Counted from the first letter of the stretch, positions 47,952 to 57,979 are shown. The stretch is 64,000 nt of DNA from an uncultured Gammaproteobacteria bacterium (GCA_965367295.1 CBDUHN010000010.1:2906-66905), one strand, 5' to 3'. Numbers and translations are program-made. The notes: generated by a model not told the origin, from the sequence alone.

Positions 47952-49010
47952 TCACGCCAGGCCTTCCTCATCCAGCAGGGGCAGGGATTCGCCCTCTCCG
48001 GCAGGCCGGGCCGGCGGATTCAGCCCCAGTTGCAGATAGGCATTGCGGGTCGCCATGCGGCCACGCGGCGTGCGCATGATGAATCCCTGCTGGATCAGGT
48101 AGGGCTCCAGTACATCTTCGATGGTACCGCGCTCCTCGCCAATGGCCGCCGACAGGTTGTCCACCCCCACCGGTCCACCGCCGAATTTCTCGATAATGGC
48201 CCGCAGCAGCTTGCGGTCCTGGGCATCGAAGCCCTGCTCGTCCACCTCCAGCATATCCATGGCGCGCGCCGCCACCCCGGCATCCAGATGGCCGTTGGCC
48301 TTCACCTCGGCATAATCCCGTACCCGGCGCAGCAGGCGATTGGCGATACGCGGCGTACCACGGGAGCGGCGCGCCAGTTCCAGGGCGCCGGAGGCGTCCA
48401 TGTCGATACCGAGGATGTGCGCCGAACGCTGCAGGATGGAACCCAGATCGGCGGGATTGTAGAACTCCAGCCGCTGCACGATACCGAAACGGTCGCGCAA
48501 GGGCGAAGTCAGCAGGCCGGCCCTGGTGGTGGCACCCACCAGGGTGAAGGGTGGCAGGTCGAGTTTGATGGAACGGGCCGCAGGCCCCTCACCGATCATG
48601 ATATCGAGCTGATAGTCCTCCATGGCGGGATAGAGAATCTCCTCCACCACCGGGCTGAGGCGGTGGATCTCGTCCACGAACAGTACGTCACCGGCCTCCA
48701 GGTTGGTCAGCAAGGCGGCCAGATCGCCGGCCTTTTCCAGCACCGGCCCGGAGGTATGGCGCAGGTTGGCGCCCATTTCATTGGCAATGATGTGTGCCAG
48801 GGTGGTCTTGCCGAGGCCCGGCGGGCCGAAGATGAGCACATGATCCAGGGCATCACCGCGGGCACGTGCCGCCTGGATGAAGATCTCCATCTGCTCGGAA
48901 ACCTTGGGCTGGCCCACATATTCGGCCAGGGTCTTGGGCCGGATGGCACGATCCAGTGCCTCGTCCTCCCGGGAGCCTGTGGCGGTTATGAGTCGATCCG
49001 GTTCAATCAT
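47952..49010 (-). CDS. ruvB: Holliday junction branch migration helicase RuvB
   Basis: ..[40 protein letters not shown].. matches RuvB. The start is at ATG 49010. Confidence 0.96.
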   Translation of the reverse strand: MIEPDRLITATGSREDEALDRAIRPKTLAEYVGQPKVSEQMEIFIQAARARGDALDHVLIFGPPGLGKTTLAHIIANEMGANLRHTSGPVLEKAGDLAALLTNLEAGDVLFVDEIHRLSPVVEEILYPAMEDYQLDIMIGEGPAARSIKLDLPPFTLVGATTRAGLLTSPLRDRFGIVQRLEFYNPADLGSILQRSAHILGIDMDASGALELARRSRGTPRIANRLLRRVRDYAEVKANGHLDAGVAARAMDMLEVDEQGFDAQDRKLLRAIIEKFGGGPVGVDNLSAAIGEERGTIEDVLEPYLIQQGFIMRTPRGRMATRNAYLQLGLNPPARPAGEGESLPLLDEEGLA

Positions 49011-49323
49011 GGGGGCTAGTGTCGAGGGAATGCCGGAGGGATTCAAGCCCGGCCATCACAGGCAATTCCTGCCAGTCGGCGATAAAGCGCAGGGAACGGA
49101 CACGACACCTGAGAAAGGAAGCGGATCGCCGGTCCGGTAACCGGGCACGGCAGCTGCTTTCTGCAAGACACCGAACGGATGCTCGCCAAGAGATTGTAAA
49201 AAAATAAAAAACACAACATAAACCGCAAATTAACCAGATTTCATTAATGCCATTTCCGGCCGATAAACACACTGATAGCGCCGATAATCATGGTTCACAT
49301 CAGGATGTAATCGCGAGCCCACT

Positions 49324-50388
49324 ATGCAGAAGTTGCTTACCCCCGTAGTACTGGTAACCCTTTCCCTGTTGTCCCTGCTGTCCCTGTCTCCCACGCATGC
49401 GGACACCGGAAATCCTCCCCGTGAACTGGTATTCCTGACCTGGTCCGAATACATGGACCCCGAACTGGTGGCCGAGTTCGAAGCAAAATTCGATGCCAAA
49501 GTGCGCTTCGTGTATTTCGAATCCGACGAAACCCGCACCGATATGCTGATTGAAACCGATGGTCAGGGTTTCGATCTGATTATGGTCAACGAGTACGCCC
49601 TGCCCACCTATCAGGCGCGGGGCTGGCTGGCCAAACTCGACCTGGAACGCATTCCCAATCACCGCTACATCAACCCACGCTGGCAAAAGGCCGCGGCTGC
49701 TCAGGGCATCGGCATCCCCTATTTCTGGGGCACCGTGGGCATCGCCTACCGGGCGGACCTGGTTGATGCACCGATCACCCGCTGGGCGGATTTCTTTCAG
49801 CCTCCCCCTGCCCTGCAGGGCAAGATCGTCATGATCAAGAACATGACCGACGTCCTCGGCATGGCGCTCAAGGCCCAGGGCTACTCGGTCAACAGTATCG
49901 ACCCGAAGGAACTGCAACAGGCCGGGGAACTGCTGCAAGCACAAAAACCCTACGTCCACACCTATTCCTATATCTCGCTGGGAGCCGAATCGGCGCTGGT
50001 TACCGGCGAGGCGGTGGCCGCAATGGTCTACAGTGGTGACGCCCTGATGGTCGGTGAACATCACCCCGAGATCCGCTATGTGGTCCCCGAGGAAGGCTCC
50101 TCCATCTGGGTCGATTTTTTCACGATCGCAGCATCATCCAAACAAGCGGCACTGGCGGCGGATTTCATCAATTTCATGAATGAACCCGAGATCGCCGCGC
50201 GCCAGGCGGAATATGTGTACTATGCCACCCCCAACCAGGCCGCGGAAAAATTCCTGCCAGAGGAATACTTTGCCAACCCGGTGATCTATCCCAGCCGGGA
50301 AACGCTGGAGAAATGCGAATTCTATACCCAGTATCCACCACGCGCCCTGCGCATGCGCAACCTGATCTTCAACCGATTGTTGAATTGA
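49324..50388 (+). CDS. Periplasmic PotD/PotF-family (polyamine-type) solute-binding protein with no cognate ABC permease or ATPase nearby
   Basis: It has a signal peptide, and the length and pattern of the polyamine SBP family (..FLTWSEYMDPELV..FEAKF.., ..IPYFWGTVGIAY..). The stop lies 18 nt before the GGDEF-EAL gene. Confidence 0.8.
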   Translation: MQKLLTPVVLVTLSLLSLLSLSPTHADTGNPPRELVFLTWSEYMDPELVAEFEAKFDAKVRFVYFESDETRTDMLIETDGQGFDLIMVNEYALPTYQARGWLAKLDLERIPNHRYINPRWQKAAAAQGIGIPYFWGTVGIAYRADLVDAPITRWADFFQPPPALQGKIVMIKNMTDVLGMALKAQGYSVNSIDPKELQQAGELLQAQKPYVHTYSYISLGAESALVTGEAVAAMVYSGDALMVGEHHPEIRYVVPEEGSSIWVDFFTIAASSKQAALAADFINFMNEPEIAARQAEYVYYATPNQAAEKFLPEEYFANPVIYPSRETLEKCEFYTQYPPRALRMRNLIFNRLLN

Positions 50389-50406
50389 TACCCGGCCATT
50401 CGAATC

Positions 50407-52881
50407 ATGCGCATCCGGCTACAGCACAAGTTCCTTATGGTGGTGACGCCACTGATCGTAATGCCGCTGTTGCTGCTCGGCTGGTTCGCCTACGACCAGT
50501 TGGAACAGACCACCCGGGAAAAAACCCTCACCCAGATCAACACCCTGTTGCAGCAGGTCAATCTGCAGGTGCAGGACCGGATCCGTACCACCCGGGCAAA
50601 CGCGGAACTGTTTTCCAATGCAATGCTGGTACAGAAATACATGCTCAGTGATGAGGCGGAACGCTACCGCCTGATGCAACCTACCCTGCTCAGGCAATTC
50701 GCCAGCTACCTGGATGCCTATCCCGAATACAATGATATCCGTATCGTCCTGCCAGATGGTTATGTCGATAGCAGCCTGTCCGCGAAGGGATACGCAGACG
50801 ACCGCATGAGCATCAGCGAGATGCCTTATTTCCAGACAGCGCTGACCCAACAGGACACCATCAACTGCAGCTTCATCCCCACCCCCGACCACCAGGGCAT
50901 GATGATGCTGGCCTCGAAACGCATCGAATTGATCGATCGTTCTATCGACCCCATTCTGTCAAAAACCCTGCTGCGGGGCTTTTTGCTGATTACCGCCAAT
51001 CTCTCCTTCCTCCAGGAACAAATTGAAAAAAGCGCCATAGGAAAACGGGGCTTTCTGTTCGTAACCGATCGCAGTGGCCGCACCCTGTACAGTCATGGCA
51101 ATGAACTGTCCGGTATCCACATAGACGGCAGCCATATACCGGCGCATCCTGCCCCGGCATCCGACACCCAGACCAGCACCCTTGTGCTCAATGGCGAGGA
51201 ATACCTGCTGAAGGGTTATTCGCTGGACGAGCATCTGAAACTATTCGCGGCACTCCCGCGCAGTGAATTGCGCTATAACAGTAGTCGCCTCGGCATGGCC
51301 GTCGCCACCGTTACCCTGATCACGATTCTGCTCACCATATCGATGGTGTACTTTGCGGTACGACGCCATTTGATCCGGCCGATCGAGGCCCTGAGTCTGG
51401 TGGCAAACGAAATCGGCTCCGGTAACCTGGACATCACCGTGCCACCTGGATCGCGCGACGAGCTCGGCGAGCTTGCCAACGCATTTGGCGAGATGAAAAA
51501 CAGCCTTCAGCACAGTCATGAGCAGATTCGCTATCTTGCCTATCACGACAATGTTACCGGACTGCCCAATCGCACCATGTTTCGCGAATATCTCCAGGAT
51601 GTCCTGCTGAAGGCCAAGTGCGATGATCGGGAAGCGGCGCTGCTATTCCTGGACCTGGACAATTTCAAACGGGTGAATGACACCCTGGGCCATCAGGCGG
51701 GCGATGAACTGCTGCAGGAGCTGGCGCGAAGGCTGTCCAAATGCGTTCGCCAGGGCGACCATCTGAGCATCACCGGCAAAGAGCAGACCCCTGAACTGGT
51801 TGCGCGGCTTGGGGGTGATGAATTCATCATCCTGCTACCAGATATCCAGGACCCGCATACCCCCGGCCTGGTGGCAGAACGGATCCTGGAGGCATTCAGC
51901 ACCCCGGCTGTGATCCGGGAACAGGAACTCCACATCAGCACCAGCATCGGGATCACCCTGTATCCCAGGGACGGGAATGATGTCGCCACCCTGATCAAGC
52001 ACGCCGATATCGCCATGTACCATGCCAAGAGGCGCGGCAAAAAGAATTACCAGTATTACTCCAGTGATCTCGATGAGAGCACCAGCCGACAGCTGGCACT
52101 GGAAAACAAGCTGCGGCGAGCCATCACCAATGGCAACCTGGTACTGCATTTCCAGCCCCAGCTGGATGCCGCCTCCCAGCAGGTGATCGGTGCGGAGGCC
52201 CTGGTCCGCTGGCAGGATGAAGAACTGGGTCTTCTCTACCCGGATACCTTCATCGGTCTGGCGGAAGAAACCGGGCTCATCGTCCCCATGGGAGAATGGG
52301 TATTACGGGAAGCCTGTGCCCGTTGCGTGGCATGGCATGACATGGGGTATACACACTTATCGGTGGCCGTGAACCTGTCGCCGATACAGGCGCGTCTGCC
52401 CAACCTGCCGGCACTGGTTGACTCCATTCTGAAGGAGACCGGACTGCCAGCCCGGCATCTCGAACTGGAGATCACTGAATCGACCCTGCTGGATCTCGAG
52501 GGGGATACCAATCAGACCCTGAACCAGCTGATCGAACAGGGTATTGCGCTTGCCATCGACGATTTCGGCACCGGTTATTCCTCGCTGGTATATTTGAAGC
52601 GTTTCCGCTTCGACAAGCTGAAAATCGACCGCAGCTTTGTGCGCGACCTGGAAAACGATCAGGATGACGCCGCTATCTGCGCGGCCATAATCGCCATGGC
52701 GCATAAACTCGGGGTACGGGTCACGGCGGAAGGCGTGGAAACACCAGCCCAGATGCAGCAACTGGTGGACTGGTCGTGCGATGAATTGCAGGGTTACCTG
52801 TTCTCCAAACCCGTGGAGGATGCCTTGTTTCTCGATTACCTCAGCAGCCGCATACCCAGAGTCCAGACGCGCCGCAATTAG
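50407..52881 (+). CDS. Membrane-bound dCache-like/HAMP/GGDEF/EAL c-di-GMP signalling protein
   Basis: TM1 spans residues about 7-29, followed by a periplasmic domain of about 260 aa, TM2 and a HAMP domain. The GGDEF motif (RLGGDEFIILL) and the EAL motif (GAEALVRW, ..DDFGTGYSSL..) are both intact. Confidence 0.9.
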   Translation: MRIRLQHKFLMVVTPLIVMPLLLLGWFAYDQLEQTTREKTLTQINTLLQQVNLQVQDRIRTTRANAELFSNAMLVQKYMLSDEAERYRLMQPTLLRQFASYLDAYPEYNDIRIVLPDGYVDSSLSAKGYADDRMSISEMPYFQTALTQQDTINCSFIPTPDHQGMMMLASKRIELIDRSIDPILSKTLLRGFLLITANLSFLQEQIEKSAIGKRGFLFVTDRSGRTLYSHGNELSGIHIDGSHIPAHPAPASDTQTSTLVLNGEEYLLKGYSLDEHLKLFAALPRSELRYNSSRLGMAVATVTLITILLTISMVYFAVRRHLIRPIEALSLVANEIGSGNLDITVPPGSRDELGELANAFGEMKNSLQHSHEQIRYLAYHDNVTGLPNRTMFREYLQDVLLKAKCDDREAALLFLDLDNFKRVNDTLGHQAGDELLQELARRLSKCVRQGDHLSITGKEQTPELVARLGGDEFIILLPDIQDPHTPGLVAERILEAFSTPAVIREQELHISTSIGITLYPRDGNDVATLIKHADIAMYHAKRRGKKNYQYYSSDLDESTSRQLALENKLRRAITNGNLVLHFQPQLDAASQQVIGAEALVRWQDEELGLLYPDTFIGLAEETGLIVPMGEWVLREACARCVAWHDMGYTHLSVAVNLSPIQARLPNLPALVDSILKETGLPARHLELEITESTLLDLEGDTNQTLNQLIEQGIALAIDDFGTGYSSLVYLKRFRFDKLKIDRSFVRDLENDQDDAAICAAIIAMAHKLGVRVTAEGVETPAQMQQLVDWSCDELQGYLFSKPVEDALFLDYLSSRIPRVQTRRN

Positions 52882-52949
52882 GGTCTGCTCACCCCGGCCG
52901 CGCCGAGGCCGCGGGATCAGGACAGGCCCCGACCCCGCACACTGACGAG

Positions 52950-53684
52950 CTACTGCAGTACCGGACGGGCGTTGTGCGATTGCAGTGGACGGTTGTTGTG
53001 GCCATGAACCGCATGGGAAAAGTGCTCGACCTGCTCTTTGGAAAGAGTGAGTGGAGTCTTCATCACCTGCCACCAGACACCCTCGCTGCAAGGCGGGGTG
53101 GTGAGCGAACCGTTGAAGCGGTAGTAGTCGCGTTCCGCCGGCAGCATCGCGAGCGGACTCACCTTTACGTTCAGCGCATGCCGTTCGCCGCTCTTCATGG
53201 GCATGTCTTTCCATAAGCGTGCCACAGCCGCATTCTCCCTGCCTTCCTCGAACATCACGGCGATCACAGCCAGATTGCCCTCGGCATCGGCATGCACGAA
53301 ATGGGCTTCCAGCGGGTATTCCCTGCCCTCGATACGATTCTCGCTGGGGGTATGGAAATGCACCTGTTTCAGCTCGAAGCGGTGGCCTCCAAGCATAAGA
53401 AAATTGCCCGCCGGGAAATTGGCCTGCACGGTATGGCCATTGTTGAGAATCTCGCTGGCATCGCGGGGATAGTCGATTTCCAATGCCGGCAGGTCCGCCT
53501 CGATCACATCCACCACATCGATGGGCGACTGATTCTTGCCCGTCGCACAAAGTCTGTAGGAGGGATCCAGCTCACCCCAGTTTTCAGGCCCTTCATGCCC
53601 CGTATAGCCCCAGTGCGTGCCCGTTCCGGCATGGGCAAGCGGTGCGATCAGCGATAACGCCACAACGAATATCGTTTTGTTCAT
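52950..53684 (-). CDS. Periplasmic alpha-class carbonic anhydrase
   Basis: The start is at ATG 53684. The signal peptide is MNKTIFVVALSLIAPLAHA. The product contains HWGYTG..GPENWG, QSPIDV and the zinc histidines in HFHTPSE...AHFVH. Confidence 0.9.
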   Translation of the reverse strand: MNKTIFVVALSLIAPLAHAGTGTHWGYTGHEGPENWGELDPSYRLCATGKNQSPIDVVDVIEADLPALEIDYPRDASEILNNGHTVQANFPAGNFLMLGGHRFELKQVHFHTPSENRIEGREYPLEAHFVHADAEGNLAVIAVMFEEGRENAAVARLWKDMPMKSGERHALNVKVSPLAMLPAERDYYRFNGSLTTPPCSEGVWWQVMKTPLTLSKEQVEHFSHAVHGHNNRPLQSHNARPVLQ

Positions 53685-53867
53685 CCATACACTCCTTGTC
53701 GATCGAAAAATACAACGGGCAACCCCTGGTGCGGATGCACCGGCAGACAGCCCACCCAAATCCTGGACAACGGTCGAGCGGAAATCACGTTTCCGGTGCC
53801 CCTGGCTATTGGATTCGAATCATATGGGCGCTCTCGTAATCAGCCCGAATGAGCAGGCAGGCAGTGG

Positions 53868-54473
53868 CTACTTCACCGTCGCCTGCAGGGCGCGGCGAAT
53901 GATCTCTTCCGCGGCCAGATCCTGGCAGTCGATGCCACGTACCATCTTGCTGGCCTCCGGTGGTTTGTAGCCCAGGGCGATCAGGGCACCGACGGCCTCT
54001 TCAACCGGGTTGGCCGGGGCCGCGAGCCCCGGCTTCGCGCCACTGACGGAGGGCCGGTCCGCCGGCTGCCAGTCATCGAGCCGATCGGCCATTTCCACCA
54101 CCAGCCGTTCAGCGGTCTTCTTGCCCACACCGGGCAGCCGCACCAGGGAGGCGACATCCTTTTCCTGTACACAGCGCACGAAGGCATGGGTATCCATGCC
54201 GGAAAGAATGGTCAGCGCCAGCTTGGCACCGACGCCATTAACCTTGATCAGGGCCCGGAACAGGGCACGGTCCGTTACCTTGCCGAAGCCGAACAGGGTA
54301 TGGGCATCCTCACGCACCACCAGGTGGGTGTAGAGAATCACCTCGCTACCCACGGCGGGCAGGTCGTAGAAAGTGGTCATGGGGGCATGGACTTCATAGC
54401 CCACGCCCTGCACGTCGAGCAGCAGCTCCGGGGGCTGTTTTTCCAGCAGCGTACCGCGCAGTCTTCCGATCAC
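53868..54473 (-). CDS. ruvA: Holliday junction DNA-binding protein RuvA
   Basis: The N-terminus is [28 protein letters not shown]. The GTG start overlaps the ruvC stop as GTGA. Confidence 0.95.
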   Translation of the reverse strand: MIGRLRGTLLEKQPPELLLDVQGVGYEVHAPMTTFYDLPAVGSEVILYTHLVVREDAHTLFGFGKVTDRALFRALIKVNGVGAKLALTILSGMDTHAFVRCVQEKDVASLVRLPGVGKKTAERLVVEMADRLDDWQPADRPSVSGAKPGLAAPANPVEEAVGALIALGYKPPEASKMVRGIDCQDLAAEEIIRRALQATVK

Positions 54474-54997
54474 CGCAGGCGTCCTCCTCGACTGGCCACC
54501 GCCTGGGGTATGCGATTCAGGGTCTGGCCCATGTGACCGTGACAGACCGCCACCGCCAGGGCATCGGCGGCATCCTCCTGCGGGGTATCGGGCAGCTTGA
54601 GCAGGACACGGATCATGTGCTGCACCTGGGCCTTGTCGGCACCACCCTTGCCCACCACCGCCTGCTTGATCTCGCGTGGCGAATATTCCGCCACCGGCAA
54701 GGACTGGGTGACGCCGGCACAGATGGCGGCACCGCGCGCCTGGCCGAGTTTGAGGGCGGAATCGGCGTTGCGGGCCATGAATACCCGCTCGATGGCCATT
54801 TCATGGGGCTGGAATTCGCGCATCAGTTCCGACAGGTCGGCAAAGATCATGCCGAGCTTTTCCGGCAGGTTTTCACCACTGACCCGCAGGCAGCCACTGC
54901 TGATATAGCGCAGCTCGCGACCCCGCTGTTCGATGATACCGTAGCCGGTGAGACGGGAGCCGGGGTCGATCCCGAGAATGCGTAGCGTGGCAGTGAT
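54470..54997 (-). CDS. ruvC: Holliday junction resolvase RuvC. The frame is intact but has no canonical start codon (ATC at 54997 proposed).
   Basis: The frame reads (ATC)[54 protein letters not shown]... and aligns along its length with E. coli RuvC. The first ATG/GTG/TTG is only at 54850, which is codon 50. GAGGGG lies 7 nt before the ATC at 54997. Confidence 0.8.
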   Translation of the reverse strand: MTATLRILGIDPGSRLTGYGIIEQRGRELRYISSGCLRVSGENLPEKLGMIFADLSELMREFQPHEMAIERVFMARNADSALKLGQARGAAICAGVTQSLPVAEYSPREIKQAVVGKGGADKAQVQHMIRVLLKLPDTPQEDAADALAVAVCHGHMGQTLNRIPQAVASRGGRLR

Positions 54998-55024
54998 GGT
55001 CGTACCCCTCGTGGCCGGCGGCCG

Positions 55025-55771
55025 TTACTGGATGTTCGCATACACCTCTTCGGAGATGTCGGCGTTGGAATAGACGTTCTGCACGTCATCGAGGTCTTCC
55101 AGACGGTCCAGCATGCGCAGCAGCTTTTCCGCGTCTTCCGCCTCCAGCGGCGAAAGGTTCTCGGCCCGCATGGTGACCTCGGCCTGCTCCGGCTCCAGGC
55201 CGGCGGCGACCATGGCCTCCTTCACGACCATGAAGTCGGCGGGTTCGACCAGCACATCCACAGAGCCGTCATCATTGGACACGACATCATTGGCGCCAGC
55301 CTCCAGGGCGGCCTCCATGATTGCATCCTCGTCACAGCCGGGGGCGTAACTGAGTACTCCGGTGTGGGTGAACTGGAAGGCCACGGAACCGCTGGTGCCC
55401 AGGTTGCCGCCGGCCTTGGTAAAGGCGTGGCGCACCTCGGCCACAGTACGATTGCGGTTATCGGTCATGCAGTCGACCATCACCGCCACACCGCCGGGGC
55501 CATACCCCTCGTAGCGGACCTCTTCGTAGTTCTCGCCTTCCTGGGCACCAGCGCCGCGCTTGATGGCGCGCTCGATGGTGTCCTTGGACATGTTGGCGGT
55601 CAGGGCATTGTCCACCGCCAGGCGCAGCCGCGGGTTGGCGTTGGGATCGGGATCGCCCATGCGGGCCGCCACGGTGATTTCACGAATGAACTTGGTGAAG
55701 AGCTTGCCGCGTTTCGCGTCCTGGGCCTTCTTGCGGTGCTGGATATTGGCCCATTTGCTGTGTCCTGCCAT
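55025..55771 (-). CDS. yebC: YebC/PmpR family DNA-binding regulator
   Basis: [27 protein letters not shown].. from ATG 55771 is the family-diagnostic N-terminus. Confidence 0.95.
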   Translation of the reverse strand: MAGHSKWANIQHRKKAQDAKRGKLFTKFIREITVAARMGDPDPNANPRLRLAVDNALTANMSKDTIERAIKRGAGAQEGENYEEVRYEGYGPGGVAVMVDCMTDNRNRTVAEVRHAFTKAGGNLGTSGSVAFQFTHTGVLSYAPGCDEDAIMEAALEAGANDVVSNDDGSVDVLVEPADFMVVKEAMVAAGLEPEQAEVTMRAENLSPLEAEDAEKLLRMLDRLEDLDDVQNVYSNADISEEVYANIQ

Positions 55772-55900
55772 AGTCGTCTCGCTGAAAAAATACTCTGGGC
55801 GGGATTCTAACATTCCGCGCCCGTTCAGGGCACGCACCATACCCCCCACGGCAAAACGGGGCCCACAGGCCCCGTCCGTACCACACCTTCAGATGATCCT

Positions 55901-57268
55901 TCAGAACTTCCAGGCGTAGCTGAACTCCAGGGCGTACTGGTCCATGGCGATATCGGCCCGATAGACGTCCTGCACACCGCCACCCAGGTCAGCCTGGTAA
56001 ACGAAACTCTGCTTTTCTTCCGGTACCCACATGGCAGCCACGGTGATCTCGTTGGTATCGTTGGGCGTATAGGTGAAACCCGCGGTCAGGTGTTTCTCCA
56101 CCACGGCCAGCGAGATGATGTTGAACAGGTTCTGGTCTTCCTCGATGGGGCTCTTGCCGTAGTTGAAACCCGCACGCCAGGTCCACCTGTCGTTGTACTC
56201 ATACGCCACGCCCAGTTTGTATACGGTCTGGTCACCCCAGCCGAAACCGAAGCCATTGTCGTTACCGAGCGCCCTGGGGATGCCCGACGGACCTACACTC
56301 AGCGCGGCCCCCAGCGAGTCCACGAATTCCTGGCCGGTCGGCCCCTTGTTGCCCGTGGTTTTCACCTCACTGTAGAGGATACGGACCACATCGAAGCCGA
56401 CCATGACCCTGGGCGATGCCTGGAAAGCAATCCCGATGCCGTAATTGGCGGGGATATCGAAGTCACCCTGCTCGGAGAACAGGCCCGCATATTGGTCGAA
56501 TTCCTGCATATAGATCTTGGAGGCTGCGGTGGCACCCACCGTGACCGCATCGGTCAGGTGACCCGTCCAGCCCAGGCGCACACCGGCACCCCAGGCATCA
56601 TCATTGCCGTTGTTGGTGACGTTGGCGGCATCACTGGAGAAGGCGGTAAACAGACCCATGCCGTACGCGCGGAAAGTCTGGTAACCGACCAGCAGCGAGG
56701 CCCCCACCGCATGGTCTTCGTTGATTTTGTAGGCTACGGAAGGCGCCAGAATCAATTGCGCCAGATTGACACCGAGCGTGCCGGTATTCGGGAAGCTGGG
56801 CGGTGGATTGGGTGCCGTGAAATTCGCGGCGGCCGGTCCGAATGCCTGGGCAAATATATTGGTACCGTAACGGGTATTCAGACCGCCATTGGCATAGGCC
56901 ACAAAGCTGTAGCTCAGGTCATCATCCTGCTTGACGATGCCGGCATGGGGAACGGCGAAGAGCGTGGCACCACTCCGGTCTGCCGAAACCGCCCCACCCA
57001 TGCCAGTGGCATCGAGCGTGGCATTGCGATTCGGATTGAACAATTCCATCCCGGCATCTGCCCGGTTTCCGACGAAGGCGATACCCGCGGGGTTTGCCGA
57101 TGCCGCGGTGGCATCCTGGGGAAGTGCAATGGCGACACCTGCCATGCCCCGCGACTTGGACCCGACACCAATGCCGAAAAACCCGTTAGTGGCCCAACTG
57201 CTGGTGGAGACTCCAAGGGTTGCTCCCAGTACCAGCGTGGTGGTGGCGGACTTGATGGATTGCTTCAT
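55901..57268 (-). CDS. FadL/TodX family outer-membrane channel, paralogue B of 24691..26166
   Basis: The ATG at 57268 has GGAGATG upstream. It has a signal peptide and ATNGFFGIGVGSKSRGMAG. It shares long identical blocks with paralogue A (AASKIYMQEFD, GDFDIPANY, FSYAWKF). Confidence 0.85.
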   Translation of the reverse strand: MKQSIKSATTTLVLGATLGVSTSSWATNGFFGIGVGSKSRGMAGVAIALPQDATAASANPAGIAFVGNRADAGMELFNPNRNATLDATGMGGAVSADRSGATLFAVPHAGIVKQDDDLSYSFVAYANGGLNTRYGTNIFAQAFGPAAANFTAPNPPPSFPNTGTLGVNLAQLILAPSVAYKINEDHAVGASLLVGYQTFRAYGMGLFTAFSSDAANVTNNGNDDAWGAGVRLGWTGHLTDAVTVGATAASKIYMQEFDQYAGLFSEQGDFDIPANYGIGIAFQASPRVMVGFDVVRILYSEVKTTGNKGPTGQEFVDSLGAALSVGPSGIPRALGNDNGFGFGWGDQTVYKLGVAYEYNDRWTWRAGFNYGKSPIEEDQNLFNIISLAVVEKHLTAGFTYTPNDTNEITVAAMWVPEEKQSFVYQADLGGGVQDVYRADIAMDQYALEFSYAWKF

Positions 57269-57535
57269 TACTACATCTCCTGCAACAGCCAGGCCCTGCC
57301 CTGCAACTGCATTGAAAAAATCATTGGTGGATTGGAAACACTCGACTCGCTGCTTCATGCAGGTCTGGGGCCGCTCCCGCAGCCGACCAGGTTACATGTG
57401 GGGAAATTCATCCCCTACATGGTTCAAAGTAGCCCCTCGATTGCCACTCCTAGACATCGGCTGCCCAAAACCCGACTTAAGCCTGAATCTTTCATTCACC
57501 GGCAACTGCTGAATGATTCTCCACACCCGGCCCCT

Positions 57536-57979
57536 TCAGTATTGCGGCACGAAGTGGAGAATCGCATGCCGGTTTGTTTCGGAGCTCGCCCGGGTTGCCG
57601 CCACCTCCCGCGGCAGCCACAGATACTGCGTATGCTCTGCCAGATGCAGGCGGATATCCGGCCGGGTGTCATATTCCAGCCGGAATACATGTTCGGTGTT
57701 TTCACGGATATCCGGTGCATAGCGTGACCGCCAGGCCGGGTGGATGGGGAAGTGGTTGATCTTGCCGCAATCCACCAGCCCTCTGCCCGCCGCAAGCCCC
57801 GTCTCCTCTGCCACCTCGCGCCGGGCAGCCTGGAGCGGGGCTTCCCCCCACTCCAGGCTGCCCGTCACCGACTGCCAGTAGCCCGACGGCTGGCAGCGCT
57901 CCAGAAGCAGCACCTCGCCGGACCGGGTGTAAATGACCACCAGCACCGACTCGGGGCGTTTGTAGGGCTGTGCCTGCAT
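57536..57979 (-). CDS. nudB: Dihydroneopterin triphosphate diphosphatase NudB (Nudix)
   Basis: ..YKRPESVLVVIY..WQSVTGSLEWGEAPLQAARREVAEETG.. aligns with E. coli NudB. It is adjacent to aspS, as in E. coli. Confidence 0.8.
   Translation of the reverse strand: MQAQPYKRPESVLVVIYTRSGEVLLLERCQPSGYWQSVTGSLEWGEAPLQAARREVAEETGLAAGRGLVDCGKINHFPIHPAWRSRYAPDIRENTEHVFRLEYDTRPDIRLHLAEHTQYLWLPREVAATRASSETNRHAILHFVPQY

Noticed and set aside
53806-53822. attggattcgaatcat resembles the T-arm (GGATTCGAA) of the tRNA-Lys gene. I considered it as an att-site remnant marking the ruvA-side border of the inserted block.
   Set aside because: Only about 9 nt match. That is expected by chance somewhere in 2 x 64 kb, and there is no integrase or matching repeat at the other border.
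56090-57727. 545-aa ORF on the plus strand.
   Set aside because: It is antisense to the FadL-type paralogue B and runs through the intergenic region into nudB antisense sequence. It has no recognisable motifs.
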